Source: Gordius albopunctatus
Lineage: Eukaryota
DNA: 64,000 nt
Assembly (NCBI GenBank): GCA_964276515.1
Contig: OZ193909.1
Span: 7,750,001 to 7,814,000 of the forward strand
Direction of reading: 5' to 3'
Position 1 is the first letter of the stretch; every line of letters begins with the position of its first letter. Positions 1 through 29,400 of this stretch are shown piece by piece. The position numbers were made by a program, and so were the translations under genes. The notes beneath the pieces are model-generated. The model saw only the letters and a program-made list of their open reading frames with translations, made no database searches and was not told the DNA's origin.

Positions 1-17811
<17,811 letters not shown>

Positions 17812-18526
17812 TGGTATCCATCCATCCAACACACAGCATTCGTTTCATTTTTTATTTCATCTTAATTTTCGCGACACTTTTAACGATGCGTCGTTTAAAA
17901 GCACGTATTTGTACAATTTTATGTGATTTATTTCGCAACACATAAATTATGTGGCTCAAATGTTTTATACTATTTTTGTGCGTTTGTTTACCAACGTTTC
18001 CTCCTTTTCTCTCACCATTTATAGGTAAATCAATTTGCGTTTTCCATTTTGTATCATCTCATACTTTACTTATACTGTATACTTGAATTGACGTATTCAC
18101 AACGTTTTTTGTATAAATACATTGAAATACGATATTAACTTTGAGAACTAAGTTTTTATTCCTGTAATTTATAAAGTTCATCAAAACTCTACCATTTAGT
18201 ATTCACGGTCTTGTTTGAAATTTGAGGTTCATCGACATTTTGGTTGTTTTTATCAATTTTTATTAAAATATACATATATCCTTTGCCTTTCAAATTGCTT
18301 TTTACTTAAAATGTTGTCCTAATTTTATCATCTGATATACTAGGTATCTAAATTAAAAAATTGATGATGCTAACGTAAAGAAATTTAAAAACTCACTAGA
18401 TGCTATAACAGATTTATTCGATACTAATAACAAAATATAAATAATGGAGATATACATCATTGATTGGCTATATAAATAACAAAAATTGCATTAGTAAATT
18501 CTGTTGAGGGTGAGCGAGAGGGTACA

Positions 18527-19581
18527 TCATACAATGACCGAAACGAGATTGCTAGGATATGTTAGAGAAGAATTGGTGGGCCCAATTACTAGTGATTGCG
18601 ATCTTCGACCGTGCCTCTTAATGTGTTTAGACAAGTGATCGCTCCTCATAAATTTCCTTTGGCAAAGCGGGCATAGAAAATTTTTTTCACCCGTGTGACT
18701 TCGCTTATGCCTCGACAATTCGTCCGATCGGGCAAATTTGCGATTGCAATTTTCCCATGAGCAAATAAACGGTTTTTCACCTAAAATAAAGCGAAATTTT
18801 GTTAAGCATACTATCTTTTTTTGTTATAAATGCAATGAAAAAATTATATAATGAATTACCGGTGTGAATTCTCATGTGAGCTTTGAGGTGAGAACTTTTG
18901 AAATAAGACTTTCCACACTCCTCGTAAGGGCAAGTGTAATTTTTGGATCGCTGATTTTCGTGGTCTTTACAATTGCCGTAGGGTATATAAGTTTGAAATA
19001 GATTCAAATTTTCTGGATTGTGGTTTTGTGAAGAATCGTTGATAATTTGTAAGGGGATGTACGATATGGTGAGAGGATCTGATGAAGGTTTGGGGGCTAT
19101 ATTAATCAGTTTGCTTGAAGTGTGATTTTTGACAATCTGGTGGGCAGCACAGGCTTGTTGTGAATCATTTTTATGACTACTGGGTTCTTTAAATTCATAC
19201 ATTTCGTAACTAATTTCTGACGAAGATGACCCGTTCTATTTTGATAAAAATATTTATTAAAAATCACACACAAAATATTTACTTTAAGAGAGCTATCGTC
19301 GCTTAAACTTTTGTCTTCTGATGATTCACTAGAATCCATTTCCCAATTTTTAGCCCATAACGTTTTTTGCTTAAGGTGACTAGCCCCATTTTGGCTCATC
19401 ATTAAGAGCGTTTCTACTGCTTCGATATCCGATGGCTGCAAGTATTGACACATTTTACCCTGCTAAAAAAGTTAAATAAATTAAATTATGATCAAAATAA
19501 AATTTTAATGTGATTGTACAAAATATGTACCTCGTTCAAGGAATTGAGATTGTGAAAGATCAGCGGGATCAAATCTTTCAT
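18527..19581 (-). CDS. cbt: Krueppel-like factor 10/11 (cabut/TIEG), about 286 aa
   Basis: Exons (minus) 19581-19531, 19462-19283, 19235-18860, 18780-18527. N-terminal Sin3-interaction-domain-like [12 protein letters not shown], motif IAPKP, and three C2H2 fingers ([18 protein letters not shown] / [14 protein letters not shown] / [14 protein letters not shown]). YFKSSH is characteristic of KLF10/11. Confidence 0.93.
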
Positions 19582-19724
19582 GGTTAAAGGAAAATTTTAG
19601 TTTTTGTAAATTTATTCGACGATAAATGTGAGGAAACTCAAATTTGAAATACTGTTTAAATGACGATTTGGTCATATGAGCAAGTTTATTACAGTAAAAA
19701 TGATCTCTCCTATTTCTGACTAAT

Positions 19725-20040
19725 AGCAGGGCTGGGTGGGATTGGTCTGCAAATATAATATAGCTTGCGCAAAACTTATGTTTCCTCGTTCAAAAAGAGG
19801 TGTGTGAGCGCGTGCACGATCGAAAATTTCAAATTTTCGCACTAAAATTCAGGCACGCCTACCGAATCCACCAATCACAACGCGACCGCTTTTGCATTTT
19901 AACAAATCAGCGACGATATTACACGTGCGTGATAAGCGCGTTCACATGCAGCGTGCGCTTTTCAACCAATCGGAGACGTTTGTTCACGTTCGTTTCACGT
20001 GAAACAAATATCAAAATGACTTTCGAGTTACGTCATTCCG
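19725..20040 (-). promoter_or_regulatory. Proximal promoter of the KLF10/11 gene
   Basis: CpG-rich patch in AT-rich DNA: GGGTGGG GT-box (about 19734-19740); CCAAT boxes at 19741-45 (reverse), 19871-75 and 19966-70; E-boxes CACGTG at 19922-27 and 19996-20001 and CACGTT at 19985-90; CRE-like TTACGTCA at 20028-35. Confidence 0.7.
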
Positions 20041-21140
20041 TTATTTATGAATATGATTAAAATATTAAATAATTAATAGGTACTGTATGCAATATATTTC
20101 ATCATTTTAAATGTATTTTTTTATTTTTTTGCGCAATGAATGTGTTTGCCTCGCTTGATGAATCGTAGAAATTGATTTTTTGTAGTCGAACAAAATCTTC
20201 TAATTCTCGTTATATTAATGGTACATAAAAAATGCATGAGCTCAAATATATATTTTAAACGAAAAAAGCCAACTGTTGGTTTTAGAAGGTCATAATCATG
20301 ATTTAATATAGCTTTGAAGAAAAGTCACATGTATAAATCCTCAGGGAAGGTCAGTTACCTCCCCTATACTGGTTTTACTAGGGGTGTAAAATCCATTCAC
20401 CTACACTCTAAACAGTGTATGACTTAGCGTTAATTGACTCGTTAGTGTTGTAAAAAACCAAGGTTTTAGATTGGTCGCCTGCAAGGGTTAGCGTTTTTTC
20501 CCACCAAACCCTTTCAGTGTTAGGTGAATTTTTGAATCTGGTGCAAAATCTAATAATGTAATATTCGCATTTTAGAAATTGAGACCGGTTTTCACGCATA
20601 TTCATACGCATGTAATATGTACTAAAAAACTACGTAATAAAAGGATACTATAATTGTTAATTGAAACAAAATAAGTTATATCAAAATGTATAATACTATT
20701 TTATAAATACATATTATCAAATAAATCACTAAATCTAATTGCACATATTAGATTTTGCACAGAAGTGAAATTTTTTGGTTCACCCTTGGTGTATTTGCGC
20801 TTTTCACACCCAAACACCGGTATTTGGCTGAAATTTTTTGGTCCACCTTTGGGGTTTTTGTTAAAATTATTTTAGTCGACCTTTGGCGTTTAGGTGAATT
20901 ATTTTGGTAACCTTTTGGTTTGGTTTTGGTCGTTTTGGGTTGTGTATTTAAATATGTGAAGTTTTTATAATTTTTGTATTTAATAGTTATTTATTTTTGT
21001 AATGAACTTTTATTGATGGGAAATATGAAATGACGTCACTAAGTGGAAAGTATCATACTTGCTAGTTATAATCAACCTATAATTTCTTCCAATTGGTATG
21101 CGATGCATCATTCATGCAGATCATTAAAGGTGTATTATAA

Positions 21141-21615
21141 AAATATTTTTCCAACCTTTTCAAGGTGACATCGGTGACAAGTGTCAAAATCTTTAATATC
21201 TATTTCTATTGAAATGAATATTTTTTAATTGGTTTGTTATATGACTAAAACAAGTTCTAAACTCGAAAAAATATTTTTCCACCTTTTTAAGGTGACACAG
21301 GTGACAAGTATCAAAATCTTCAGTATCTATTGAAATGAATATTTTTTTGGAAATGGGTTCATTATATGACTAAAACAAGTTTTAAACTCGAAAAAATATT
21401 TTTTCAGCTTTTTAAGGTGACACAGGTGACAACTGTCAAAATCTTCAATATCTATTGAAATGAATATTTTTTTTCGAAATTGGTTCATTATATGACTAAA
21501 ACAAGTTTTAAACTCTAAAAAAATATTTTTTCACCTTTTTAAGGTAACACAGGTGACAAGTGTCAAAATCTTCAATATCTTTTGAAATGAATATTTTTTT
21601 GGAAATGGGTTCATT
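21141..21615. repeat. Tandem array of about 126-bp units (about 4 copies), followed by (AT)n
   Basis: Unit marker AAGGTRACA...GGTGACAA recurs at 21162, 21289, 21414 and 21541. Confidence 0.9.
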
Positions 21616-23299
21616 CGTTAATAATTTAGCCGATATATATATATATATATAAATCAAATTTAAAAAATTGAGTGCCACTTTGAAATCATTTACTTTAATT
21701 TGTCAGAAAAAATGAGGGGAAATTTTTTAATAACATCAATCATGTACATTTGAAGGTGTCTCAACGATAGAATTTAAGCGAACCGAACCGACTTTGGTAA
21801 TGTTAATTCGTTTTAAACGTTTATGTTATTTTTATTCCAAAGCTGCTCGATTAAAGATTGTCTTTTGACTAAGAAACAGTATGAAATTTCATGCAATAAA
21901 AAATATTATGGCAAATAGTCATAAATGAAATTTATTTAATATTTTTAATATAATACATAATCAAGTAAAATGGAGCATTATAAATTATCACATTAAATTT
22001 CTTCGATCAAGTTTTTGTAATTAATATAATTGAAGAAGGGATTAAGTGCGGGTATATTTTTGTCATATATAAATGAGAGATGTTGGCCCTCTGAGTTGGA
22101 GGTCTGCATGGGCGGGGCCTGCTTAAAAAAGTTGTATAGACTTGAGTCTGATAAGGATCTATTACTTGGCCCATGCGCAAAAACAATTATAAATTAAGGA
22201 TGAAGTCCATGGGGATGGGACTAGTTAAGATTTGGATTTAAGCAGGGCATTAACGATTTATGGAGAAGCATAATCATAATCAGTGGCGTAGCTAGAATTT
22301 TGCGGTTGGGAAGGCTGAACTTAAATTTCACACCAGTGGGGAGGGGTCAACGGCGATTAAAAAAAATTCCATAGTCATTTGTCTAACTAAATAATCAGCT
22401 TTTTTTAATTCGATTGAACTCCTTTTCAATATTACATCAAAATTATATTCCCAAATCTTAGATTTTCACTCTTACCTTTGACTTACACATTAGCCGAAAT
22501 TAGAGACCTACATCGGGCCTCTATATCAACCATCTCGCCTGTTATAAAAACTTGGACCCCTTTCGGGCCCATTAAAGTAATAAATGATACACCCGCTCGG
22601 TTAGTGTTTTACAAAGCCCGAGCTCGGGACCGCATATAAAATTTTTTATTTTGCTTCTTATAGGATTGTAATTTAATAAACTAATTAAACAATATATATT
22701 TAAAGATTTCAATAATAATGATACAGGAAAAAATACTTATATTCAATTAGCTTAGTCTAATGTTTTAAGATTTTTAAAGGGGATTGGAGTAGACAACATC
22801 TATATAGCCTTTAATTAACACTTATCAATTTAAAATACCCGCTTCGATATTGATGAATGAATCATGATAATAATATATTGATTTTCATTGCTAATTTAAT
22901 GAACATTATATAATTATAAATTAATATAGAACATTAAAAAAAAATTTATTATACATAAAAAAATCTAAATGATTTTGTAACAGACTTTCAGAGGGCTTAT
23001 TTAATTTATGCCTGGCCCGTGTCCCCCTTTCTATCAGTCTTTAAACAATTATTTATTTTAATTATATAATTTAATATATTATTAAAAAATGGCTTAAGGT
23101 TTGCAGGAAAAAGTAAAGCGGTAACCCGTAAAAGAAACCAAATACATTAAACTATAAAAAGTTGAATGTGATTTGAACGAATATTTATTCAAATCCAGAT
23201 GTGTAGTATATGTAAGTATAATGTGCGTTATTATAATACGTAACAATATAATTACTACATTTATCCCCCTTTCGTTGGCAGACATTACCTTGCCTCTAT

Positions 23300-25600
23300 T
23301 AATCACAGCGGTGCTCTGCGTAATCTGCCTTTTCTTTTCGGTGGTGTTTGGATCTCTCCTGGTATATTCAAAACTTCCTGTGACGATGAACTCTTTACAT
23401 TACGATAAACTTTTTTCCATTTTCTTGTTCTATTTCTAACAGTTTCTTCGTCCTCTTCTTCCACAATTGAATCTTGGACTTGTATATCTTGATTTGGTAA
23501 AATGAATCTCTCTTCTGTGAGTAATTTGTAGTTCTTTTTCTCAATTGGTCCGCCTGTTTCCTTATTTGTTTTCCTTGACTTTTCACTATATATGACCATA
23601 TTCCATTTAGTTGTAACACCGTGCCTTCCCTCCAACAAGGTCTAAAATCGTATTTTACCCACAATGGCTGGTAATTTAAAACTCTCTTGGACTTAAAACC
23701 TTATCGATAACAATCTTGCTTTTCAATATTGGTCTCTAGATTAGTTCTAGGCTTTGGTCTAGTCCAATCCAACAGGGTCCGGTTTCGTCTACCGAGCATA
23801 ATTTTAGCTGGTGACCTTCCAGTTGTTTGGTGTTCTGAGATGTAGTTAAGACTGCGATCATACATTCCTCTGCATCCCTGATAACTTCTTTCGTGGCCCG
23901 ATATCGACTTTGTAAAGTTCTTATACCACGTTCAACGCAACCATTTGTTTTGGGATGATAAGGAGTCGTTAAAATATGTTTAATATTGTAGCTTTCACAT
24001 ATAAATTCGTTTGATGTAAATTGTGGCCCGTTGTCGCTAAAAATTTGACGTGGTAAGTTTTTTATAACTACATTGGAAAAAGTGAGGTTTATAAGGTCCC
24101 CTTTAATCCATTTATAATAAGAATCTTCCCCCACCAACCATTAACGACCATCCATCGGGCCAGCCAAATCAATGTGTGACCTTTTCCAAGGAGTATCGCT
24201 AATATTCAAAAAATTAAGGTTAATTCAGCAATATTAACCTGATGACGTTGGCAGCTAACACATTGTTTAACGAAAGTATCGATATCATGATCCATGCTAG
24301 GCCATCATAAATAATATCTACTTATGAAATTCATTGCACTTATGCTCGGGTGTCCCTTGTATAGTAATTTCAGAATAGTCATGCGAATACAACTGGGAAC
24401 AACGATACGTTCGTTCCATTGTAAGATATCCTTGTCCATTGATAATTCCTATTTCTTATTATAGCACGGATTGTACTAAAGGTTTTAGTTATATCTTTAC
24501 GAGTCTCATTATCTAATGTTTTTTCTGTAATCATTAAATCTTCTAAAGCTATGGATCTTAAACACGCACCATTTTCATCATCATTGGGTTTGATATTTCT
24601 GTTTTTGGTACTGATAATTTTGATAACGCATCGTTAAATTCATTATCTCTCCTCGGTTTGTGTTCTAAAGCTCTTAACCCCGCAGTCTTGAAATTTCGGA
24701 TATGTTCGTCATCATCCTCACCACCCATTATTACAACATCATCTAAATATACTCCGGTCTTCTTAAAATCTAAGAAAATTATCCCTATTTCTTTGAAATA
24801 TTCTGGGTGCCGAAGCCAACCCAAAAGGCATACGTTTATACTAGAAATAACCCGCGTAAGTGTTTATGATAAGATATTTTTGAGAATTCTCGTCAATCTT
24901 CATTTAAAGTTATGCGTTCTTGGGATCAAGTGTCGTCAATCTTTGTCTATTAACTAATTTCCAATCAATATCTTCAAAGGTAGACAATATATGGTTATCA
25001 TTTATTAAGAAAGGATTCAAAGTATTTTTGAAATCACCTTATTTTTGCACACACAGCTGGTGTAGCCCATCCAATTCTTGTTTTTGTAGGGTCCACGTTT
25101 CAATTATGTTAGTCACAACCAACCTTTTAAGCTCCGTAATCGGGGTTTTAATGGAAAGGGACGACGGGTGGAGAATATTTTACCCTGTGCATCTGCTTTT
25201 ACATTTAGATGAACAGGATTTCTATAGATTTCTCCATGACTCTTATAAAAAATCTCTGCAAATTCTTTAATTAAATTATTAACTTGCTACGAGTTGTGTT
25301 GATCTTTTTGTATACTTTCTTAATCCTTACACATTTCGGAATCCCCAAACCGAATTCTAAAATCCAAGTCATCCAAACAACGGTAAGTCCATCTTTTTAG
25401 TGACAATTGCAGGTAAATTCTTAACCTTTCCTCCAAACTTTTACTTTATCTGTCACTTCTAACATTACATCTAGCGACTTTGTCAGTTCGTGTTAACTTA
25501 GTGCTGCCCACTTGGTTCCATATCTTTTTGTTAATGACTGATACCTGTGCCCCCGTGTCATCAAGACGATATAGAATATCATTCAAACGTGCCATTATAG
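23300..25600 (-). mobile_element. Degenerate Ty3/Gypsy LTR-retrotransposon pol remnant
   Basis: Minus-strand fragments in PR-RT-IN order: protease DTGAQVS (about 25560), RT VYLDDVVI (about 24740), integrase SDNGPQFTS and PYHPKTNGCVER (about 24030-23930). Many stops and frameshifts. Confidence 0.88.
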
Positions 25601-26457
25601 TTTCTTCTAATTTGATTAATTAAATTGTCGTCTTAACTTCCATATCCATCTCCTATGGTATTACCTAATTAGAATAGTGGTACCTTTATGATTTGGATAT
25701 CACTTTGTTCACATTCATTCTTACTATATTTGAATACACATTATTCATACTCCTCCTTATTCTATTCACAATAATTATAATTTGAATAGCCCCAACTACC
25801 TTAAGAGTTATTCATATTAACCTCTTTACAATGGTATATAAGCTAATGCTTAACGATAGAGAAGATCTTTGATTTTATATTAATAAAGTAGGCTAAAACC
25901 CCTACACTCCACCCTAGATATTATAAATAGGTTTACTTTTACAAACTATTGCAAAATATCATATATTCTTGCATTTATAACATGTGGATTTGATTGCTGG
26001 ACAATTTGATCATAAGTGTGACCTTCCGCACCGGTAACAATTAGATTTATTGCTGTTATTTAGTCTTGTCTGATCTTGTAGTTGTTTTGTACTTTGTTAA
26101 TACTAGAGTTGCAAGGCGCCTGTTTAGGTTAGTCAAAAGTTACTCATAAGAAATTATGCAATTTTAGAACGCTTTTAACTTGCATAATACCATAATAAAA
26201 CATGACTTTATAACAAAGTGTGTCAAATATAAATAATATTTCTAGATACTTCAATATATCAATATAAATTTATATAATTCTAACATAAAATTTTAAAATA
26301 TTGATATACTTAAGTTGTATCTTTTTTTACTAATATCAAAAATGTTATGCAATTACTTATTATCTTTTAAAAAAAATATAAATTGAGTCAAATATGTAAT
26401 GTAACAAACAGCTTCTTTTGGTATTCAAATCAGCACGCTAGCATTTAAATTTTTGAA

Positions 26458-29400
26458 ATGGATTCTGGACGAAGGCCTAGATTATGTCACATGGTTAAAT
26501 GGAAAAATTACGAAGGATATGGTTTTAATCTTCACGCTGAAAAGCACAAAACTGGTCATTATATTGGAAATATTGAGGAAGATAGTCCTGCCTCGCATGC
26601 AGGCCTTTTACAGGGAGATAGAGTTATTGAAGTTAATGGAAAAAGTGTTGTAAATTACACTCATGCCCAAGTAGTGAATGCAATAAAGGAGAATCCTAAT
26701 GAAACGAAACTTTTGGTTGTTGATCCTCTCACAGACACATATTTTGAAGAAGAGAATATACCTTTAAATGGGGAGTTAAAAAATATTCTATACATTAAAG
26801 GAGATCCCCCAGCTAATCGTCTTCAAAACCTATCCCCTCTTTCCCACAAATCAGAGACTTCTGTTGCTACAGCCAATGTAAGAATATCTGCCTCTTGATT
26901 TTTTTAATTGTTAAATTAACAAAACTATAATAGATATATCTTAGTTATTTTTAAATTATACTTAATAAATTATAGATTTTTAATTTGTATATTTAATATT
27001 TTTAACCAGCAAGCATCTATGTGACCATGCAAAATATTGCTTTAATATTAATATGAATATGATTGAGTATCAAAAATTTGTAATTCATTATATTTAAGAA
27101 AATGGTACTATTTTTGCTATTAGTCATTCATGATAATACTACAAATTTATGCTATATTTTGTTAAAGCTATTAACCTAGCAACTGAATTTTTTATGAGAT
27201 ATAGAGTAATGTATCATATACAAATTAATTATTATTTTTGATAAACTTTTTATTTGTTAATTGCATTAATTTGTTGACTAAATAAGCCCAAAATATGATA
27301 AATATAGCAAAATCCCCAAGTCTATGGTTAAATTCATATACAAAAATTCTTTTACTTTTGCTGATTACTAATTAAGATTTAAAATTTATAACTTTTCATA
27401 AAAACGAAACGTCCAAACTATCTTTTAATTAACAATGATACAGTTAGTAGGGAAGGAGAGAAAGTGGGTGAAAAGCTTTTGAGGTAAATATACATAAGTT
27501 ATTATTATCAATCAACATATAAGCGCAAGGGAAGAAGGGAAGAGAAAGGAAGGAATGATGCCTCGGAGCGTTATTATTTTGCAAAAATATGTGTCAAGTA
27601 AAGGCAATGTCCCTTAAGCTATCCTATCTTTCATCCCCTCGTTCTCTTATTACAAATGAGATTTAGCCCTAATTTTGTTTATAAATAATTGATACGCATA
27701 AATTTTCACCTCCAATACTTGTATATCAAAATTTTTTATGGTATATATCATCAATTTGCCACGCAAGATTTGTAAAGTTTATAATGGGAAAGGGTTAAAT
27801 TTTTTTATATCTAGTTGAAAATCTGGAATTTTATAACGTTTTTTTAATGAATGAGTTTTCTTGGCGCTAACAATAGGATTTCGTAAAATAATACGTTGAA
27901 AGTTATTTCATAATTATGGCAAACTAGCCAAGAAAATCTTGTTCCTTTTACGTAATGCAAAGATACCAGTAACCCCATTTCAAACTAAACTCTAGGTAAT
28001 ATATGAACATCATTTTAAGCACCGTTAGAGCGGGGTTATTCTTATATTAGGGTTTGCGGATATGACTGGTGGTGGTATTATTGACGAAATATTTGTTTGC
28101 ACTATGGCTTTAATAGCCTACAATTATTTACCCCCTTAAGGATTTGCACAAATAGGGGCCAAGCAAGGGTGATACCATTATTTATGGCTCCTTCCCAAAT
28201 CCAGGGGACGCATAGAGGAAGGAACACCCCTTCCCCCCCCCCCCCCTTCAATCATAACATTTTTTAATGCAACTTTATACAATTTTATAAATATTTTCCC
28301 CCTTAAGTCATTATTTTTTTGCCATTCCCCAACCCAAAATGTGCTTACGTCCTCTCCTCGGTGTATAGTGTTGTAGTACCCAAAACATTTGGAATTAGGG
28401 CAAAATGATCATTTTTTGGAAATTTTCGCTAGGATTTTATTATATTTTAACAAATTTTGGATTTAAAAGCCCCCCCCCCGTCTACGCCCAGGAACTAAAA
28501 CAAACGAATTCTATCTGCTCCACCATGTCCATCATTTTAATACCTCGACTCGACTGATAGCATTTGGCCTTTGCTTGTAAGCTTACCCCTCTATATGACG
28601 CCCTACTAAGTACGTGTCTTCTACCTACTCTAATCCCACTCTCTCTCTCTCTGCCTCCATTTTTGACAAATGATACTAGGATCTTAATTTATGACGTGAC
28701 ATCCATTACAATTAATAATAGTGATGAATTTGAAACTATTTTTAATACGTAATTAATATCGTGGCTCACGTGCCTACATTTTGCCCTATTACACGGCAAG
28801 GCCTTTAGTGTACCTGGATGCCATAAATTTTGTCTATTTTGCCATCTATATTTTAAATATTTGAAAATCTTTTAAATTAATTGGTAAAAATTTATTATAA
28901 TTTCATGGAGATGATAGTTCAAGTATGGATGGGTGTCCATAAAAGATAGCCTAAATTTTATGTTTTTTCACAAGTCCTTGCGGCTAAATTTTCGTTTTTT
29001 GAACGATGTATTTGTACTTCCATACGTATTTCAAATTAATGTGTCACCAATGAGATACTTTAAAGATTTTCAAAGTTCTTTTCTTTAATCCAATTTCAGC
29101 GTAGCTAAAGTGTTTTATCTCATAGGTATGATGGAATCAATGCGACTGAAGAGACAAGTTCCAAGAATAAAGCCTCATTATCGATTGTAGTATCTAACAT
29201 TAATGGCTTTGACTATTCTCAAATTAATTAGTTTTAGAGGCTTACTCTTTTATGCTTAGCTAAGGCATTGACTAACAACTCATTATTATAACTTGATTAA
29301 TTTAAATCGGATTAGCTGTTGATTTTTTACATTATTAAAAAAGTCTCTGCTACTAATATTATATTACCTAACAATATGGAGATTTTCACAAAGCATAAAC

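Noticed and set aside
19800..20060. 86-aa ORF over the KLF promoter
   Set aside because: A by-product of GC-rich promoter motifs; no domain or splice support.
21141..21615. Regular repeats as a CRISPR array
   Set aside because: Whole units repeat with no unique spacers; eukaryotic context with no cas genes.
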